DNA of 64,000 nucleotides from Alphaproteobacteria bacterium (GCA_041287865.1 JBGGMV010000028.1:100964-164963), one strand, 5' to 3'; positions 54,504 to 64,000 are shown, counted from the stretch's first letter. Notes: generated by a model from the sequence alone, not told the origin. Numbers and translations: made by a program.

Positions 54504-54534
54504 AAAAACCCCGACATCTCTGCCGGGGTTTTTT
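54504..54534. terminator. Bidirectional rho-independent terminator
   Basis: AAAAACCCCG...CGGGGTTTTTT between the convergent ankyrin gene and icmB. Confidence 0.75.
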
Positions 54535-54538
54535 ATCT

Positions 54539-57500
54539 TTATGTTTTCGCGGGTGGCGTGCCCGTGCCGCCGGCGGGCGGCGGGGCTGCCGCGGCGGCGG
54601 GTGCCGCGGGCGGAAGGGCCGGAGCCGGTTTTGGCTTGGGGATCTCGATATCCTCGATCTTCGCCTTGGTGAGCGCGATCAGTTCTTCGCAGATCTTTTC
54701 GGTCACGGCGCCGACGTTGGCTTCTTCGGCTTTGCCGCGTTCGGAAAGCTCGGCCACGCGGCGTTTCAGTTCGTTACGCGCGGAGCCGCCCGGGAAGTTC
54801 GCGCCCAGCAGGCGGCGGGCGGTGGATGCGCCGAGTCGCGTGTAGAGGCGGTTACGGATGGCGACGTCCTCGACCGTGGTCGAGAAGGCCCAAAGCTCAA
54901 GCGGGCCCAGCGTGTTGATCAAGTGCTGTTCGTATTTGCCGTCGACGGTGCCGAGGACGAGCAGCGCGGGTGCGCCGCCGGCTTTCGGGCCGGTCAGTTT
55001 GTGGCGGATGATCCAGCGGGCGGTATCGGTCAGACCGAACCGTTTCTGGGTGTTGTCGACCGCGCCGTCGGAGATGGCGGTACCGAGAACCCAGACGCCC
55101 GTTGCCAAGTCGACCATGTCGTCGTCGAAGTCGTCCAGCATCTGGGAGGCAAGGATGATCTGAATCCCGCGCTTACGGCCCTCGCGGACGTCACGGATAA
55201 TCTGGTGACGCACCGATTTGGTGCGCGAGGTGCGGTGGAATTCGTCGTAGCAAAGGCGTTTCGGCGTTTCCGAGAATTCGCGCAGGCGCTTTTCGTGATA
55301 GACGCGGTATTTCGGCTGCATCTGCGAGAGCGCTTCCTCGTTAATCCACCAGGGCGTGACAAGCGCGTGGCGCGCCAGCATGTACATGATGGCCGTCTGG
55401 CGGTCCGACGCGGCGTCGCCGGCGGGGCAGACGTCGGCCAGGTCGAGCGCGCAGACCCGCGTTTCGGCAAGCGAGAATTTCGTCACCGACGATAGAATCG
55501 GGAATTCGCGAACCGATGATGTGATCATACGCTCGAAGGCGTGAATGACGCCCTCGGAAGATGCGCCGATCGAGGTTTCTTCCAGCAGGTTTTTAATCTG
55601 CGGGCGGCGGGCGGCGGCAACCGAGTCGCCCAGCGTCGGCATCGCGTAACGCTGCGCGAGCGCGGCTTCATACGTCGCACCCTTGTCGAACAGAAGATCC
55701 ACCACGTCCCACCAGTAGGCGGAGGGCGGCAGCGCGAGCTCGAACTTGCGGATCGCTTCGTCGATCGCGGGTTCGATACGCGGCAGATAGGGGCGCGGTT
55801 CGGCGTTCGACATCTTGTCGTCGCGCCAGCGGAACATTTCGTCGACCACCATGCCCGACAGCTGGGCGATACCGTCGTAGGGTTCGGCCTGGCCGGGCGG
55901 CGTGCAGAGCAGCGTGAGAAGCTCGTTCAGGAACGAACGCTCGGAGATCTGCGGATAGCGCATGCCCAGTTTGGTGTCGAACGGGTTAATGGCGAACTGG
56001 TTGTTCATCTGCAGGCGGAACGAGGTCACGTCGGAGCGGCGGTTTGCGGGCAGAGCGTCCTTCAGCAGCGAGACAAGGCCGGCCGATGACGGGCCGATGT
56101 CGATGACCGCGATGAAGGGCAGCTGCGACACACCCTGCGTCAGGCAGGTGCCGAGGTTGAGCGTGTTCATCAAGACGGATTTACCGCCGCCGGGCTGGGC
56201 GAAGACAAGGTCGAACCATGTCGTGGTGACGTTGGTACCCGTCTGGTAGGGCCAGACGCGGCCGTCGGGCGTACGGAACAAAATCGAGCCCTTATCGAAG
56301 GGCGACGACGCGCGCTGCCAGGGCATCAGCTTCATCACTTCATAAAGCGGGCAGACCGCCGGCGGGGCGGTGGAGGCGCAATGGATGCCGAGCGCGGAGG
56401 ACATGACCTGTTCCAGCGGATCGCCGGAGATGTGCGAGACCTGCGCATAGCCCCAGGATTCAGCCGACTGGGTCAGCGCGGAAAGACGGTCTTCCATCAA
56501 TTCCATGTTGCCCTTGGGCGCCCAGGTGCAGAAGGAAATACGCATCTTGACGACAGGCATGGAGCGCGCGACTTCGGTCAGCGCCTCAAGCGCGTCTTTC
56601 ACAAGTTTATTGTCGGCGTTGGTGACGGCGAAGATGGAGGACAGGAAGGCCTGCATGGCCATGCCCTGAATGCCGCCGCCTTCCAGCAGGAAGGAAATGC
56701 GGAAGGGACAGTTGGCCTCCGACATACGCGCCAGAAACGCGGGGAAGGGCAGCGGATCGGTCGGACCCAGCACCATGTCGACGCCGCCCCAGAGATATTT
56801 GCCCATTTCGACCACGTGGTCGTTGATGACGCGGGCGCCCGACATGATGATCTGCTGGCGGAGCGTCGGCCAGAGAATTTCCGACATGTCGCGCTTGTTT
56901 TCGGGTGCGCGCACGGGGATTTTGTCGCCGGGCAGGAAGGCGCGCCAGTTGCTGTCGGGGTTATGCTGCAAAATGTTCGCGCGGATGGTGGCGAGCGCGT
57001 CGTGCACTTCCATCTCGGCGCACTGGATGCCCATTTCCTTCAGCGAAACGGAGGTCGCGACGACGAAGGATTTGTGGCGGGTGCGCAGGCCCTCGATGCC
57101 GGCGTAAGGGTATTGCGCGTCGTCGGCCTTGACCCATTTTTTCTTGCGCGCGCGTTCCGCTTCGCGGGCGAAGTCGGATTTCGACAGCACCGCGGGGCGC
57201 GTCCAGAGCACGAAGTAAATTTCTTCCCAGGCGATATAGCGCGCAAGGTTTTTCGCGCGCTCGACGAAGATGTCCTCGATCTCGAGGCCGACGTTCTTGG
57301 CGGCGGTATAGTTGGGGCGCAGCAGTTTCTTCAGCTCTTCGCCGATGCGTTCGGGGTTGCGGCTGAAATACACCTGCATGGCGTGGCCGGGGCGGTCGAA
57401 GCGGGCGCCCAGCTTCACGACGCAGTCGTCGAGAATTTTCTTGTATTCAAGGTCGCCGATGATCTGGCGCGCGCCGTCGATGCGGAGCAGCGTGACAAGG

Positions 57501-57619
57501 GAGCCGTCTTCGGAGGCAAGCGTGGTTTCGTCGTCGGCGGTTTCCAGGCGGATGAAGCTTTCCACCGGAATGCGCAGCAGCCTGACAACCGGCCGGAGAA
57601 TATTGTCGAATAAGCCCAT
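54539..57619 (-). CDS. icmB: Dot/Icm type IVB secretion ATPase IcmB/DotO (VirB4-like)
   Basis: 1026 aa; Walker A AQPGGGKS; FIAVIDIGPSS; INPFDT; CYDEFHR; position after icmJ. Confidence 0.93.
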   Translation of the reverse strand: MGLFDNILRPVVRLLRIPVESFIRLETADDETTLASEDGSLVTLLRIDGARQIIGDLEYKKILDDCVVKLGARFDRPGHAMQVYFSRNPERIGEELKKLLRPNYTAAKNVGLEIEDIFVERAKNLARYIAWEEIYFVLWTRPAVLSKSDFAREAERARKKKWVKADDAQYPYAGIEGLRTRHKSFVVATSVSLKEMGIQCAEMEVHDALATIRANILQHNPDSNWRAFLPGDKIPVRAPENKRDMSEILWPTLRQQIIMSGARVINDHVVEMGKYLWGGVDMVLGPTDPLPFPAFLARMSEANCPFRISFLLEGGGIQGMAMQAFLSSIFAVTNADNKLVKDALEALTEVARSMPVVKMRISFCTWAPKGNMELMEDRLSALTQSAESWGYAQVSHISGDPLEQVMSSALGIHCASTAPPAVCPLYEVMKLMPWQRASSPFDKGSILFRTPDGRVWPYQTGTNVTTTWFDLVFAQPGGGKSVLMNTLNLGTCLTQGVSQLPFIAVIDIGPSSAGLVSLLKDALPANRRSDVTSFRLQMNNQFAINPFDTKLGMRYPQISERSFLNELLTLLCTPPGQAEPYDGIAQLSGMVVDEMFRWRDDKMSNAEPRPYLPRIEPAIDEAIRKFELALPPSAYWWDVVDLLFDKGATYEAALAQRYAMPTLGDSVAAARRPQIKNLLEETSIGASSEGVIHAFERMITSSVREFPILSSVTKFSLAETRVCALDLADVCPAGDAASDRQTAIMYMLARHALVTPWWINEEALSQMQPKYRVYHEKRLREFSETPKRLCYDEFHRTSRTKSVRHQIIRDVREGRKRGIQIILASQMLDDFDDDMVDLATGVWVLGTAISDGAVDNTQKRFGLTDTARWIIRHKLTGPKAGGAPALLVLGTVDGKYEQHLINTLGPLELWAFSTTVEDVAIRNRLYTRLGASTARRLLGANFPGGSARNELKRRVAELSERGKAEEANVGAVTEKICEELIALTKAKIEDIEIPKPKPAPALPPAAPAAAAAPPPAGGTGTPPAKT

Positions 57620-57877
57620 GGTGACCCCTTAACGATGCCGCGGCTGGCTGTACGTCCGCGCCGCCGAATCCCCTCGGCTGCGCGTCACCCGCGGCAGATT
57701 TACTATTTATACCAGAAGCTTGCGTTCAAGAAACAGATGAAAATGGGGGTTTATCCCAAAAAACGCATACATGCTCCGCATGCAAACCACAGCCCCTGTT
57801 ACCCCGCGATAATGTTGTAATATGGGACGCGGCGGCGGTTTTTCCAGCCGGATGTCATATACTTTTGGAGAGGAAAA

Positions 57878-58627
57878 TCAGCCGGCCTTTTCAGTCACGG
57901 GCGGCGGATTCTGTGAAGTGCCCGTTGCCGGCGCGGCAGCTGCCTTTTCCTTCACATCATAGAACATCTTGATCCAGCGGCGCGGCGGCACTTCGCCGAA
58001 GGGCCCGTCCTTTGATCTCCAGTAGGCGAGGATCTGCGGGAACTGGTTGAACTCCAGATCGCCTTCCTTGATGATCCGGCGGTCGAGCGGCAGGATGCGG
58101 AAGGATTTGAACTGCTTGTTGCGGTTTTTATATTCCGGGCCCTCGAGGAAATCCTGCAAAACGGTGGCGAGGATTTTCGGGCTGTCGGTGCCAAGGCGGT
58201 TCTTGGCTTCTTCCTTGCGCGCCAGCAGCGCTTCCATCGCGTCGCGGGCAGCGTCGGCCATGGGGCCTTGTGAAATGCGGGCCACGTAAATCGCGCGGCA
58301 GAGGTGGTGAAGCGCGGCCTGCCCGATTTCAGGCAGCCAGACGACGGCGCCGGATTGCATGCGGTCGATGCGCTCGATGTGGAAACATTGGTGGCAGAAG
58401 GTGCAGGCGGTGGCGTAATCGTCAGGGCCGGTGGCCTTGTCGCCCTTGCCGACGAAATTGCACTCTTGATATTTCTTGGACTGGAAGCCGCAATAACGGC
58501 AGGTATTGTCGTCCCGGGCGGCTACTTTCTGCCGCAGTTCGTCCGAGGGACGATGGACATCGGGAGATAAAATACGCCCGGCATCGGATAATGAGCTGAT
58601 GCCGGGCGATATTTTTATAAAGGCCAT
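57878..58627 (-). CDS. icmJ: Dot/Icm protein IcmJ/DotN
   Basis: CRYCGF..ACTFCHQC zinc site; WLPEIGQAALHHLCRAIYVA; synteny. Confidence 0.88.
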   Translation of the reverse strand: MAFIKISPGISSLSDAGRILSPDVHRPSDELRQKVAARDDNTCRYCGFQSKKYQECNFVGKGDKATGPDDYATACTFCHQCFHIERIDRMQSGAVVWLPEIGQAALHHLCRAIYVARISQGPMADAARDAMEALLARKEEAKNRLGTDSPKILATVLQDFLEGPEYKNRNKQFKSFRILPLDRRIIKEGDLEFNQFPQILAYWRSKDGPFGEVPPRRWIKMFYDVKEKAAAAPATGTSQNPPPVTEKAG

Positions 58628-58645
58628 CTCGAAGTTTCTTTTGGC

Positions 58646-59029
58646 TTACGTGAAGATCGTCACGCTGTCCATCAGAAGGGCCGAGCCGTTCAGCTTGGTG
58701 AGCGAACCGTTCGAGATAGAACCCTGCATGGCTTGTTGGATGAAGGGGAAGGCCAGCAGACCACCGCCAGCGGCGATACGAATGAGACCGTCCTTCATTG
58801 CAGCCTGGGCCGGGTTGTCAACGTGCGCCTTCAGCTTGAAGATGCCCGCGACGCCGAGACCAGCGCCACCGATCCAGCACACCGTAGAGATCAGGTTGTT
58901 GAAGCCCGATGATGCGGTGATGATGTTCTGTGACATGTTTTTGAATGTGAGCGCGGCGAATGCGTCCGAGCTCGAACCGACCATCATACCCACAGTGGCG
59001 ACAGCGGCTAATTTATGCATAGTTTTCAT
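58646..59029 (-). CDS. icmD: IcmD/DotP-like small inner-membrane (pilin-like) protein
   Basis: AAGGAGG RBS; signal-like N-terminus ending DAFA; two hydrophobic helices joined by KLKAHVDNP; synteny. Confidence 0.7.
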   Translation of the reverse strand: MKTMHKLAAVATVGMMVGSSSDAFAALTFKNMSQNIITASSGFNNLISTVCWIGGAGLGVAGIFKLKAHVDNPAQAAMKDGLIRIAAGGGLLAFPFIQQAMQGSISNGSLTKLNGSALLMDSVTIFT

Positions 59030-59090
59030 TGTAGTCCTCCTTCACTTACACACATTGTTATTATAGTAGCATATTTTTTTCTAATATCTA

Positions 59091-60029
59091 CTAGTTAGTA
59101 AACGTCAGCGAGCTCACGCCAACGGTGGTCTGGAGTGCGTTTACCAGCTCACCGAGGTTTATGGCTAAAGCGCCGCCGAACAGGAACGTCAGGCCTGCCG
59201 AGAGACTAGCGGTGGGGCCTTGTCCACCGTCGGCAAAGTTTTTCAAGACGAACCATCCTCTGATGAAAGCGATGTAGCCGACGATCATGACGAAGACCTC
59301 CACCCCTTCCAAAACTTTTTCGATCTTGCCGCGGTCAGTCGCGTTCGTGATGACGTTGGGGTTGATCGTCGCGTTGGACATAAGGTTCGCGTCACCGAAG
59401 ATAGACGAGGTGAAGGAACCCATGCTGTCGCCGAAGGAGAACAGCGCGCCCGAGGCGATGAATGTCATAATGGTACCGAAGCCGGCGGGACCGCGCGGGC
59501 CTTCCTCCATCCTTTTGGTGAGGCGGGAGATACCGACCAGCAGCAGCGCGATACCCGAGAGGTAGGCGAAGGCGGTCAGCAGGTTTTCAATCGGGCCGCC
59601 GATGTTCGACATGACGTCGACGACCATTTTGTCGAGACCACCCGGGGTGAGCGTCGCCGTCGTGAACGACGTCGCATCGATGCGGTTGGAGCCCACGGCG
59701 GCGTTACCGAACAAAGATCCGCGCACCGCGTTGGTGGTGAAAGGAAGCGAGAGGAACATGCCGCCCGCGACCATGCGTTTCACGCCGGCCGACACAGGCG
59801 TCTGCTGCGGGTTGTCGACGTGATCCTTGAACTTGAAGATCGCGGCCGTGCCCAGGAATGAACCCATGATCCAGGCGACGGTCGAGAACACGCCCTGGAG
59901 CTTGCCCCAGGAGAACATCGTGTTCTGGATGATGTTACCCAGTTTCTGCTGCGCGAAAGCGTCTCCGCTGGTTGTCACGAGGACAATGGCAGCGATTAGT
60001 ACAATTTTATAGAAATGACGGTACAGCAT
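59091..60029 (-). CDS. Fusion of an IcmD-like domain and an IcmC/DotE-like domain
   Basis: N-half KFKDHVDNPQQTP resembles the adjacent IcmD; C-half has four TMs with VGYIAFIRGWFVL..GGALAIN typical of IcmC/DotE. Confidence 0.7.
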   Translation of the reverse strand: MLYRHFYKIVLIAAIVLVTTSGDAFAQQKLGNIIQNTMFSWGKLQGVFSTVAWIMGSFLGTAAIFKFKDHVDNPQQTPVSAGVKRMVAGGMFLSLPFTTNAVRGSLFGNAAVGSNRIDATSFTTATLTPGGLDKMVVDVMSNIGGPIENLLTAFAYLSGIALLLVGISRLTKRMEEGPRGPAGFGTIMTFIASGALFSFGDSMGSFTSSIFGDANLMSNATINPNVITNATDRGKIEKVLEGVEVFVMIVGYIAFIRGWFVLKNFADGGQGPTASLSAGLTFLFGGALAINLGELVNALQTTVGVSSLTFTN

Positions 60030-60389
60030 AAACACACCCTCTTCATGCTATAACAAAAAGCGTATATCTTTAATTAGAGCACTTTTTGGTTATAGTGGCA
60101 AACAGGCCTGCGCCTTATCCGCCTTCTTCTATTATCTATCTAATTGATTTATATAAGATTAATATTCACTACATCTATGGGAACAAAAGATAAAATTCGA
60201 CTCAAATTTGGCAAAAATCCCCCCTGGTACTTGCGAATCGTTCTCAAAATCTGACGAGTCTCTGTCATAAAACCACCTCTTCTGCCGGGGCGAATAACAC
60301 TCTAAGTGAGTATTTTACATATACCTTATATAGGGGCGTGGCGGAGGGGGTGAAGGGCGGCAGGCGATTCTCTGCCTGCAAGGGCCGTC

Positions 60390-60420
60390 AAAAAGAAAAC
60401 CCCAGCTGTAACGCCGGGGC
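60390..60420 (-). terminator. Rho-independent terminator after icmG
   Basis: Minus strand GCCCCGGC-GTTACA-GCTGGGGTTTTCTTTTT. Confidence 0.65.
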
Positions 60421-60445
60421 TCTCTTTAAATCCAGAAGCAATATT

Positions 60446-62002
60446 TTACTGGCTCACGCGGCCCTGCGTGCCGGCGACAACCCAGCGGCCGGCCGCATCG
60501 CGGTCGATCGCCGTGATCTTGCCGACGCCTTTCAGCGTGTCGCCGACATTGACCGTCTTCAGCTCGCTCGAGCCGGGCGCGGCAACCCAGGCGGTGCCGG
60601 GCTTGGCGGATTTCAACACCCATTTAGGCGCGGCCGTGTTCACGACCACAGCGGCCTTCGGTTTCGCCTTGACGACGCGCGGCTTGGCGACGACAGGTTC
60701 GGCAGCTTCGACGGGCGCGGTCGCCTGCGTCTCCGCGTTAGCGGCCTTTGCTTCAGCGGCAGCAGCTTTCGCAGCCGCTTTGGCGGCGGCTTTCGCTTCG
60801 GCAGCGGCGGCCTTTTCCTCGGCAGCCTGCGCTTTTGCAGCAGCCTTGGCGGCAGCAGCGGCTTCGCGTTCGGCGGCGCGCGCGGCAGCGCGTTCAGCCT
60901 TGTCGGAGGCCATCGCGGTGATCGAGGAACGCAGCGCGGCGATGTCTTCCTTGGAGGCGAGACCCGACACAGCGGCCTTCACGCCGCTGATGTCTTTTTC
61001 CAGCGCGTGCAGGCGTTTTTCCAGCGCCTCGACCTTGCCGGCCAGCGCAGGATCGACAGCGGCGGCGACAGCCGTTGCCGTCGCGGCGGTTGCGGCAGCG
61101 GCGGCGACCTCGGCAACTGCTTCGACCGGCACGGCCGGCGCGGGATCTACAACCGGCGCCGCATCGGCGACCGGCGCAACGGGCGCGGGATCGGCAGAGA
61201 CAATGGCGGAAGGATCTGTTTCAGCCGGCACCGTCGCGGCAATTGCGGCGGGATCGGCAGCAGAAGGATCAGCCGCAGGAACGGCGGCAGGATCATTCGC
61301 CGGCGGCGTCGCCAGCACGTCGATCATCGCTGTCGGATCGGCAGCAGGCGCTGCCGGATCGGCAAGAGGCGCGGGCGCGGTGGGATCGACAAGGGGAGCA
61401 GGCGCGGCAGCCGTTTCGGCGGGCGCTGCAAATCCGGCGTCGGCCGGCGCAGGATCAAGCGAGGGCGCACCCGGCATCGCCTGGGCCGTATTCGCGGCGC
61501 CGAAAGCAGCGGCAGGATCGGCGGGCGCGGCAGCCGTGTCGGTCGCGGGGCTGAGCGTGGAGGGCATCATCGCATCGTCTGCGCCGGCGGCGGATTTTTC
61601 CTTCACTTCCTTGTTTTCGGACTCGGGCACGGCGGCGCCGTCCCATTTTGCGTCAACCGTGGTCTGCGGCGGGATGGCATCCGCGCCCGTGGCGGGCGTC
61701 ACCGGCGCGCCGTTGGCGTCGACGGCGGCGGTCTGCGTGCCGACGGCCGCCGGATCGGCGGGAGCGGCAGCTTCGGGGCTGAGGCCCGGGATCGGGATGG
61801 GGGATTGCAGGAAGCCGAGCTTGATCGCGGCCGCGGCGCCGCCGCCGCCCAGCACGATGAGCAGCAGGAGGATTTTCATGAACCCGCCGCCTTTTTTCTT
61901 GGCAGGCGGCGCGTTGGTCACGGCCTCTTCGGCTCCGGTGTCGTCGGTGAATTCTTCTGTGACTTCGGTTTCATCGGCATCAAAGCCGTCATTGTTCGTC
62001 AT
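60446..62002 (-). CDS. icmG: Dot/Icm IcmG/DotF-like protein with long Ala/Pro-rich linker
   Basis: Acidic N-terminus, one TM, coiled coil, C-terminal WVLKSAKPGTAWV..TVNVGDTLKGVGKITAID domain; position after icmE. Confidence 0.75.
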   Translation of the reverse strand: MTNNDGFDADETEVTEEFTDDTGAEEAVTNAPPAKKKGGGFMKILLLLIVLGGGGAAAAIKLGFLQSPIPIPGLSPEAAAPADPAAVGTQTAAVDANGAPVTPATGADAIPPQTTVDAKWDGAAVPESENKEVKEKSAAGADDAMMPSTLSPATDTAAAPADPAAAFGAANTAQAMPGAPSLDPAPADAGFAAPAETAAAPAPLVDPTAPAPLADPAAPAADPTAMIDVLATPPANDPAAVPAADPSAADPAAIAATVPAETDPSAIVSADPAPVAPVADAAPVVDPAPAVPVEAVAEVAAAAATAATATAVAAAVDPALAGKVEALEKRLHALEKDISGVKAAVSGLASKEDIAALRSSITAMASDKAERAAARAAEREAAAAAKAAAKAQAAEEKAAAAEAKAAAKAAAKAAAAEAKAANAETQATAPVEAAEPVVAKPRVVKAKPKAAVVVNTAAPKWVLKSAKPGTAWVAAPGSSELKTVNVGDTLKGVGKITAIDRDAAGRWVVAGTQGRVSQ

Positions 62003-62104
62003 GGTGACGTTCCTTCCGGTTATTTTCCCAGCAAATCGGCGCTGCCCTTTATATAGCCGCGCCGCCTTGCCTCGCTGTTATACATCGCAGCCTTGCGGCT
62101 TGAA

Positions 62105-63481
62105 TTATTGTTCCACGTTGCCGGTCGTGACGGGCTGGAGGAAGAGAATCCCCATCGTCGTGCCACGCTTCAGCTTCACGGTCGGGCCGTCGGGGGCTTC
62201 GTCCTTCATGAACTGGCCGATCTTGTCGGCGGCGTCCTTGATGCCCGTAAACAGCTCTTCCTTGCCGGTCGGCTCGGGTTCGTCCTGCACCACGCCGCCG
62301 CCGGCGGTGGTGGTGGAAGATTTGCCCGTCTCCGTCACGGCCTCGGCATAGCCCTTGATGAAGTCGGCCGCCACGGGGATGAAGACCCGCTGGAGATAGT
62401 GGTTGTCGACTTCGGAGTTCAGGCCGGTCAGCGTCGTTTTCTCGTCGAGCGCGATGCCGTCGACGGTGTAGGAAACGCCGTCCTTGATGATGCGCTTGAA
62501 GTTGAGCGTCAGGTAATCATCCTGCATCTTGAACTCGCCGATCCCGCGGCCGCCCTCGAAGGGGCCGGAGAGGATCTGCGCCAGCACGGGGCCCTTCACG
62601 TCCGAGTTCAGGTCGTTCAGCAGCTGCGCATACGAGATCGTGCCGGCCGTGATGATGGTCTTGACCTTGGCCGGCGCCTTGATGTCGCTCACGGGCGTGC
62701 CGCCCTTGACGTTGTCGACGAAGGTGAGGTCGCCGCCCGAGTTCACGGTGTCGAGCGAGCGCTTGCCGTCCTTCGCTTCCTTCGCCTTCTTGGCGTTGTC
62801 CTCGCGCAATTTGATCGTATAGAGGCTGTCGCGCTTGGTGACGCCGAGCTTGGTCTGGTTCTTGGGTTCCTGCGCCAGGATGATGACGCGCATCTGCTCC
62901 GCAAGCGCCTTGGCCACGTTCGGGTCCATTTTCACGGTCGGCTGCGGGTGGATGGGCTGTACCATCGGCACCACTTCGGGCGCCTGGTCCTGTTCCTGCT
63001 CGGGAATGGTTTCAGCTTCCATGGCGAGGCGTTTCGCCTCGGTCTTCTGGCGCCATTCCTGCAGCGGGTCGCCCTGCGCGGTGTTCTGCGTGGGAGGAAG
63101 ATCGAGCGCGTTCTTCTCGCCGGTGCCGACGGGCGTGGGCATGGAGGACGTGCCCTCCGAGGCCGCCTGCTGCGCGAGCGCGTCGTTCTGCTTCTTCACC
63201 ATGTTCCGGTATTCTTCGTCGGCGGGATCGGTGCCGGGAATGACCTTGGTCTGGCTGTTGTCGACCATGATGGTCGATTTGTTGTCTTTTTCGTCGGGGC
63301 CGCCGATGAAGGTGACATAGGCCGCGCCAAGAAGGCCGAGGCCCAGAATCACGGCTGCGATTTTCAGCAGCGGGTTACTGTCCCACGTGTCCTTGAGCGA
63401 GGCTTTTTCGTTTTTATTGCCGGCGTCGAAATCTTCCTGTGCGTCGATATCGACTTCGTTCTCGTTCTCGTTGTTCGTCAT
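62105..63481 (-). CDS. icmE: Dot/Icm IcmE/DotG (VirB10/TrbI-like) core protein
   Basis: One TM; C-terminal IITAGTISYAQLLNDLNSDVKGPVLA..EVDNHYLQR..KGYAEA..GILFLQPV TrbI-like domain. Confidence 0.88.
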   Translation of the reverse strand: MTNNENENEVDIDAQEDFDAGNKNEKASLKDTWDSNPLLKIAAVILGLGLLGAAYVTFIGGPDEKDNKSTIMVDNSQTKVIPGTDPADEEYRNMVKKQNDALAQQAASEGTSSMPTPVGTGEKNALDLPPTQNTAQGDPLQEWRQKTEAKRLAMEAETIPEQEQDQAPEVVPMVQPIHPQPTVKMDPNVAKALAEQMRVIILAQEPKNQTKLGVTKRDSLYTIKLREDNAKKAKEAKDGKRSLDTVNSGGDLTFVDNVKGGTPVSDIKAPAKVKTIITAGTISYAQLLNDLNSDVKGPVLAQILSGPFEGGRGIGEFKMQDDYLTLNFKRIIKDGVSYTVDGIALDEKTTLTGLNSEVDNHYLQRVFIPVAADFIKGYAEAVTETGKSSTTTAGGGVVQDEPEPTGKEELFTGIKDAADKIGQFMKDEAPDGPTVKLKRGTTMGILFLQPVTTGNVEQ

Positions 63482-63999
63482 GGTTTCGTCACCTCGTCAA
63501 TCGCGGCAATGCGGGCCTTGACCATCCGGCCTTCGTCGGAGAGCAGCACGACCGGGGTATTGCCCAGCGCGTAGACCGTCGTCCCGTCGGAGGAGGAAAC
63601 GCTCGCATCCCAGGCGGGGGAGAGCAGCGTCAGCGGCGTGCGCAGGTAAACGCGTCCGGAAAGCTTGTAGGCCGTGGTGCGCGTATCGACGCCCTCCACC
63701 GTCAGCTTCTCGGCGTTCTGCGGCGGCGTGCCGTCGAGCACGCCCACCATTTGTTCGTCCTTGCCGGCAACCGTTTTCAGGCCGCCGTATTCGATGATCG
63801 GCGTCTTGGCGAGCGGGCCCGGTTTCGGGATGCGCAGGTCAAGGCGGTAATGCACCCAGTCGATGCCGGTGGTCAGGCGCATCGTCACGGGCGTGATCAT
63901 GTCGACGAAGCGGATCGAGATGTTGCCGACGCCGTGCGCGGTCTGCGGCACGATGCGCAGGATGTTGCCGCCCGATTCAGGCGCCTGGATCAGGAAGGG
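63478..63999 (-). CDS. icmK: Dot/Icm IcmK/DotH outer-membrane core protein (5' truncated)
   Basis: GNISIRF..PVTMRL..VHYRLDLRIPKPGP, VYLRTPLTLLSPAW, VYALGNTPVVLLSDEG; ATGA overlap with icmE. Confidence 0.88.
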   Translation of the reverse strand, partial: PFLIQAPESGGNILRIVPQTAHGVGNISIRFVDMITPVTMRLTTGIDWVHYRLDLRIPKPGPLAKTPIIEYGGLKTVAGKDEQMVGVLDGTPPQNAEKLTVEGVDTRTTAYKLSGRVYLRTPLTLLSPAWDASVSSSDGTTVYALGNTPVVLLSDEGRMVKARIAAIDEVTKP

Positions 64000-64000
64000 G

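Noticed and set aside
60338-62351. Long plus-strand ORFs (572 aa and 627 aa) opposite icmG/icmE
   Set aside because: Antisense shadows of a GC-rich low-complexity gene; no recognisable domain, and the minus-strand frame has clear DotF features and synteny.

Overview
GC-rich alphaproteobacterial chromosome segment. A Micavibrio-like lineage is an inference from the hemC-hemD/Mic60-hemY locus, the Dot/Icm genes and the many ankyrin and orphan genes. The right end (54.5-64 kb, minus strand) carries a Dot/Icm type IVB secretion cluster in Legionella/Coxiella order: icmK/dotH (partial), icmE/dotG, icmG/dotF, an icmD-icmC fusion, icmD, icmJ/dotN, icmB/dotO. Housekeeping genes (acs, gpsA, tsaD, hemC, hemD-mic60, hemY, rhomboid, aminotransferase, amidase, Smr) are interspersed with tandem arrays of signal-peptide-less paralogues. 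These arrays are two families of hydrophobic-hairpin proteins, ankyrin proteins, HIR-like SPFH proteins, a five-gene family with a shared C-terminal domain, and a two-gene family with another. At least 12 proteins on unrelated scaffolds end in the same motif, approximately [GV]LxxxVxVxKPLKLK, which is absent from the housekeeping and Sec-exported proteins. The best hypothesis is an undescribed C-terminal translocation signal marking a large type IVB effector repertoire. Also notable are a secreted HExxH protease next to a TIMP-like Cys-x-Cys protein, an in-frame duplicated gene 3' end, one frameshifted paralogue, and recurring TTGAC-N17 promoters including leaderless ones. No tRNA, rRNA, CRISPR array, transposase, integrase or reverse transcriptase was seen. 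All family assignments come from motif recognition by eye; no database search was run.
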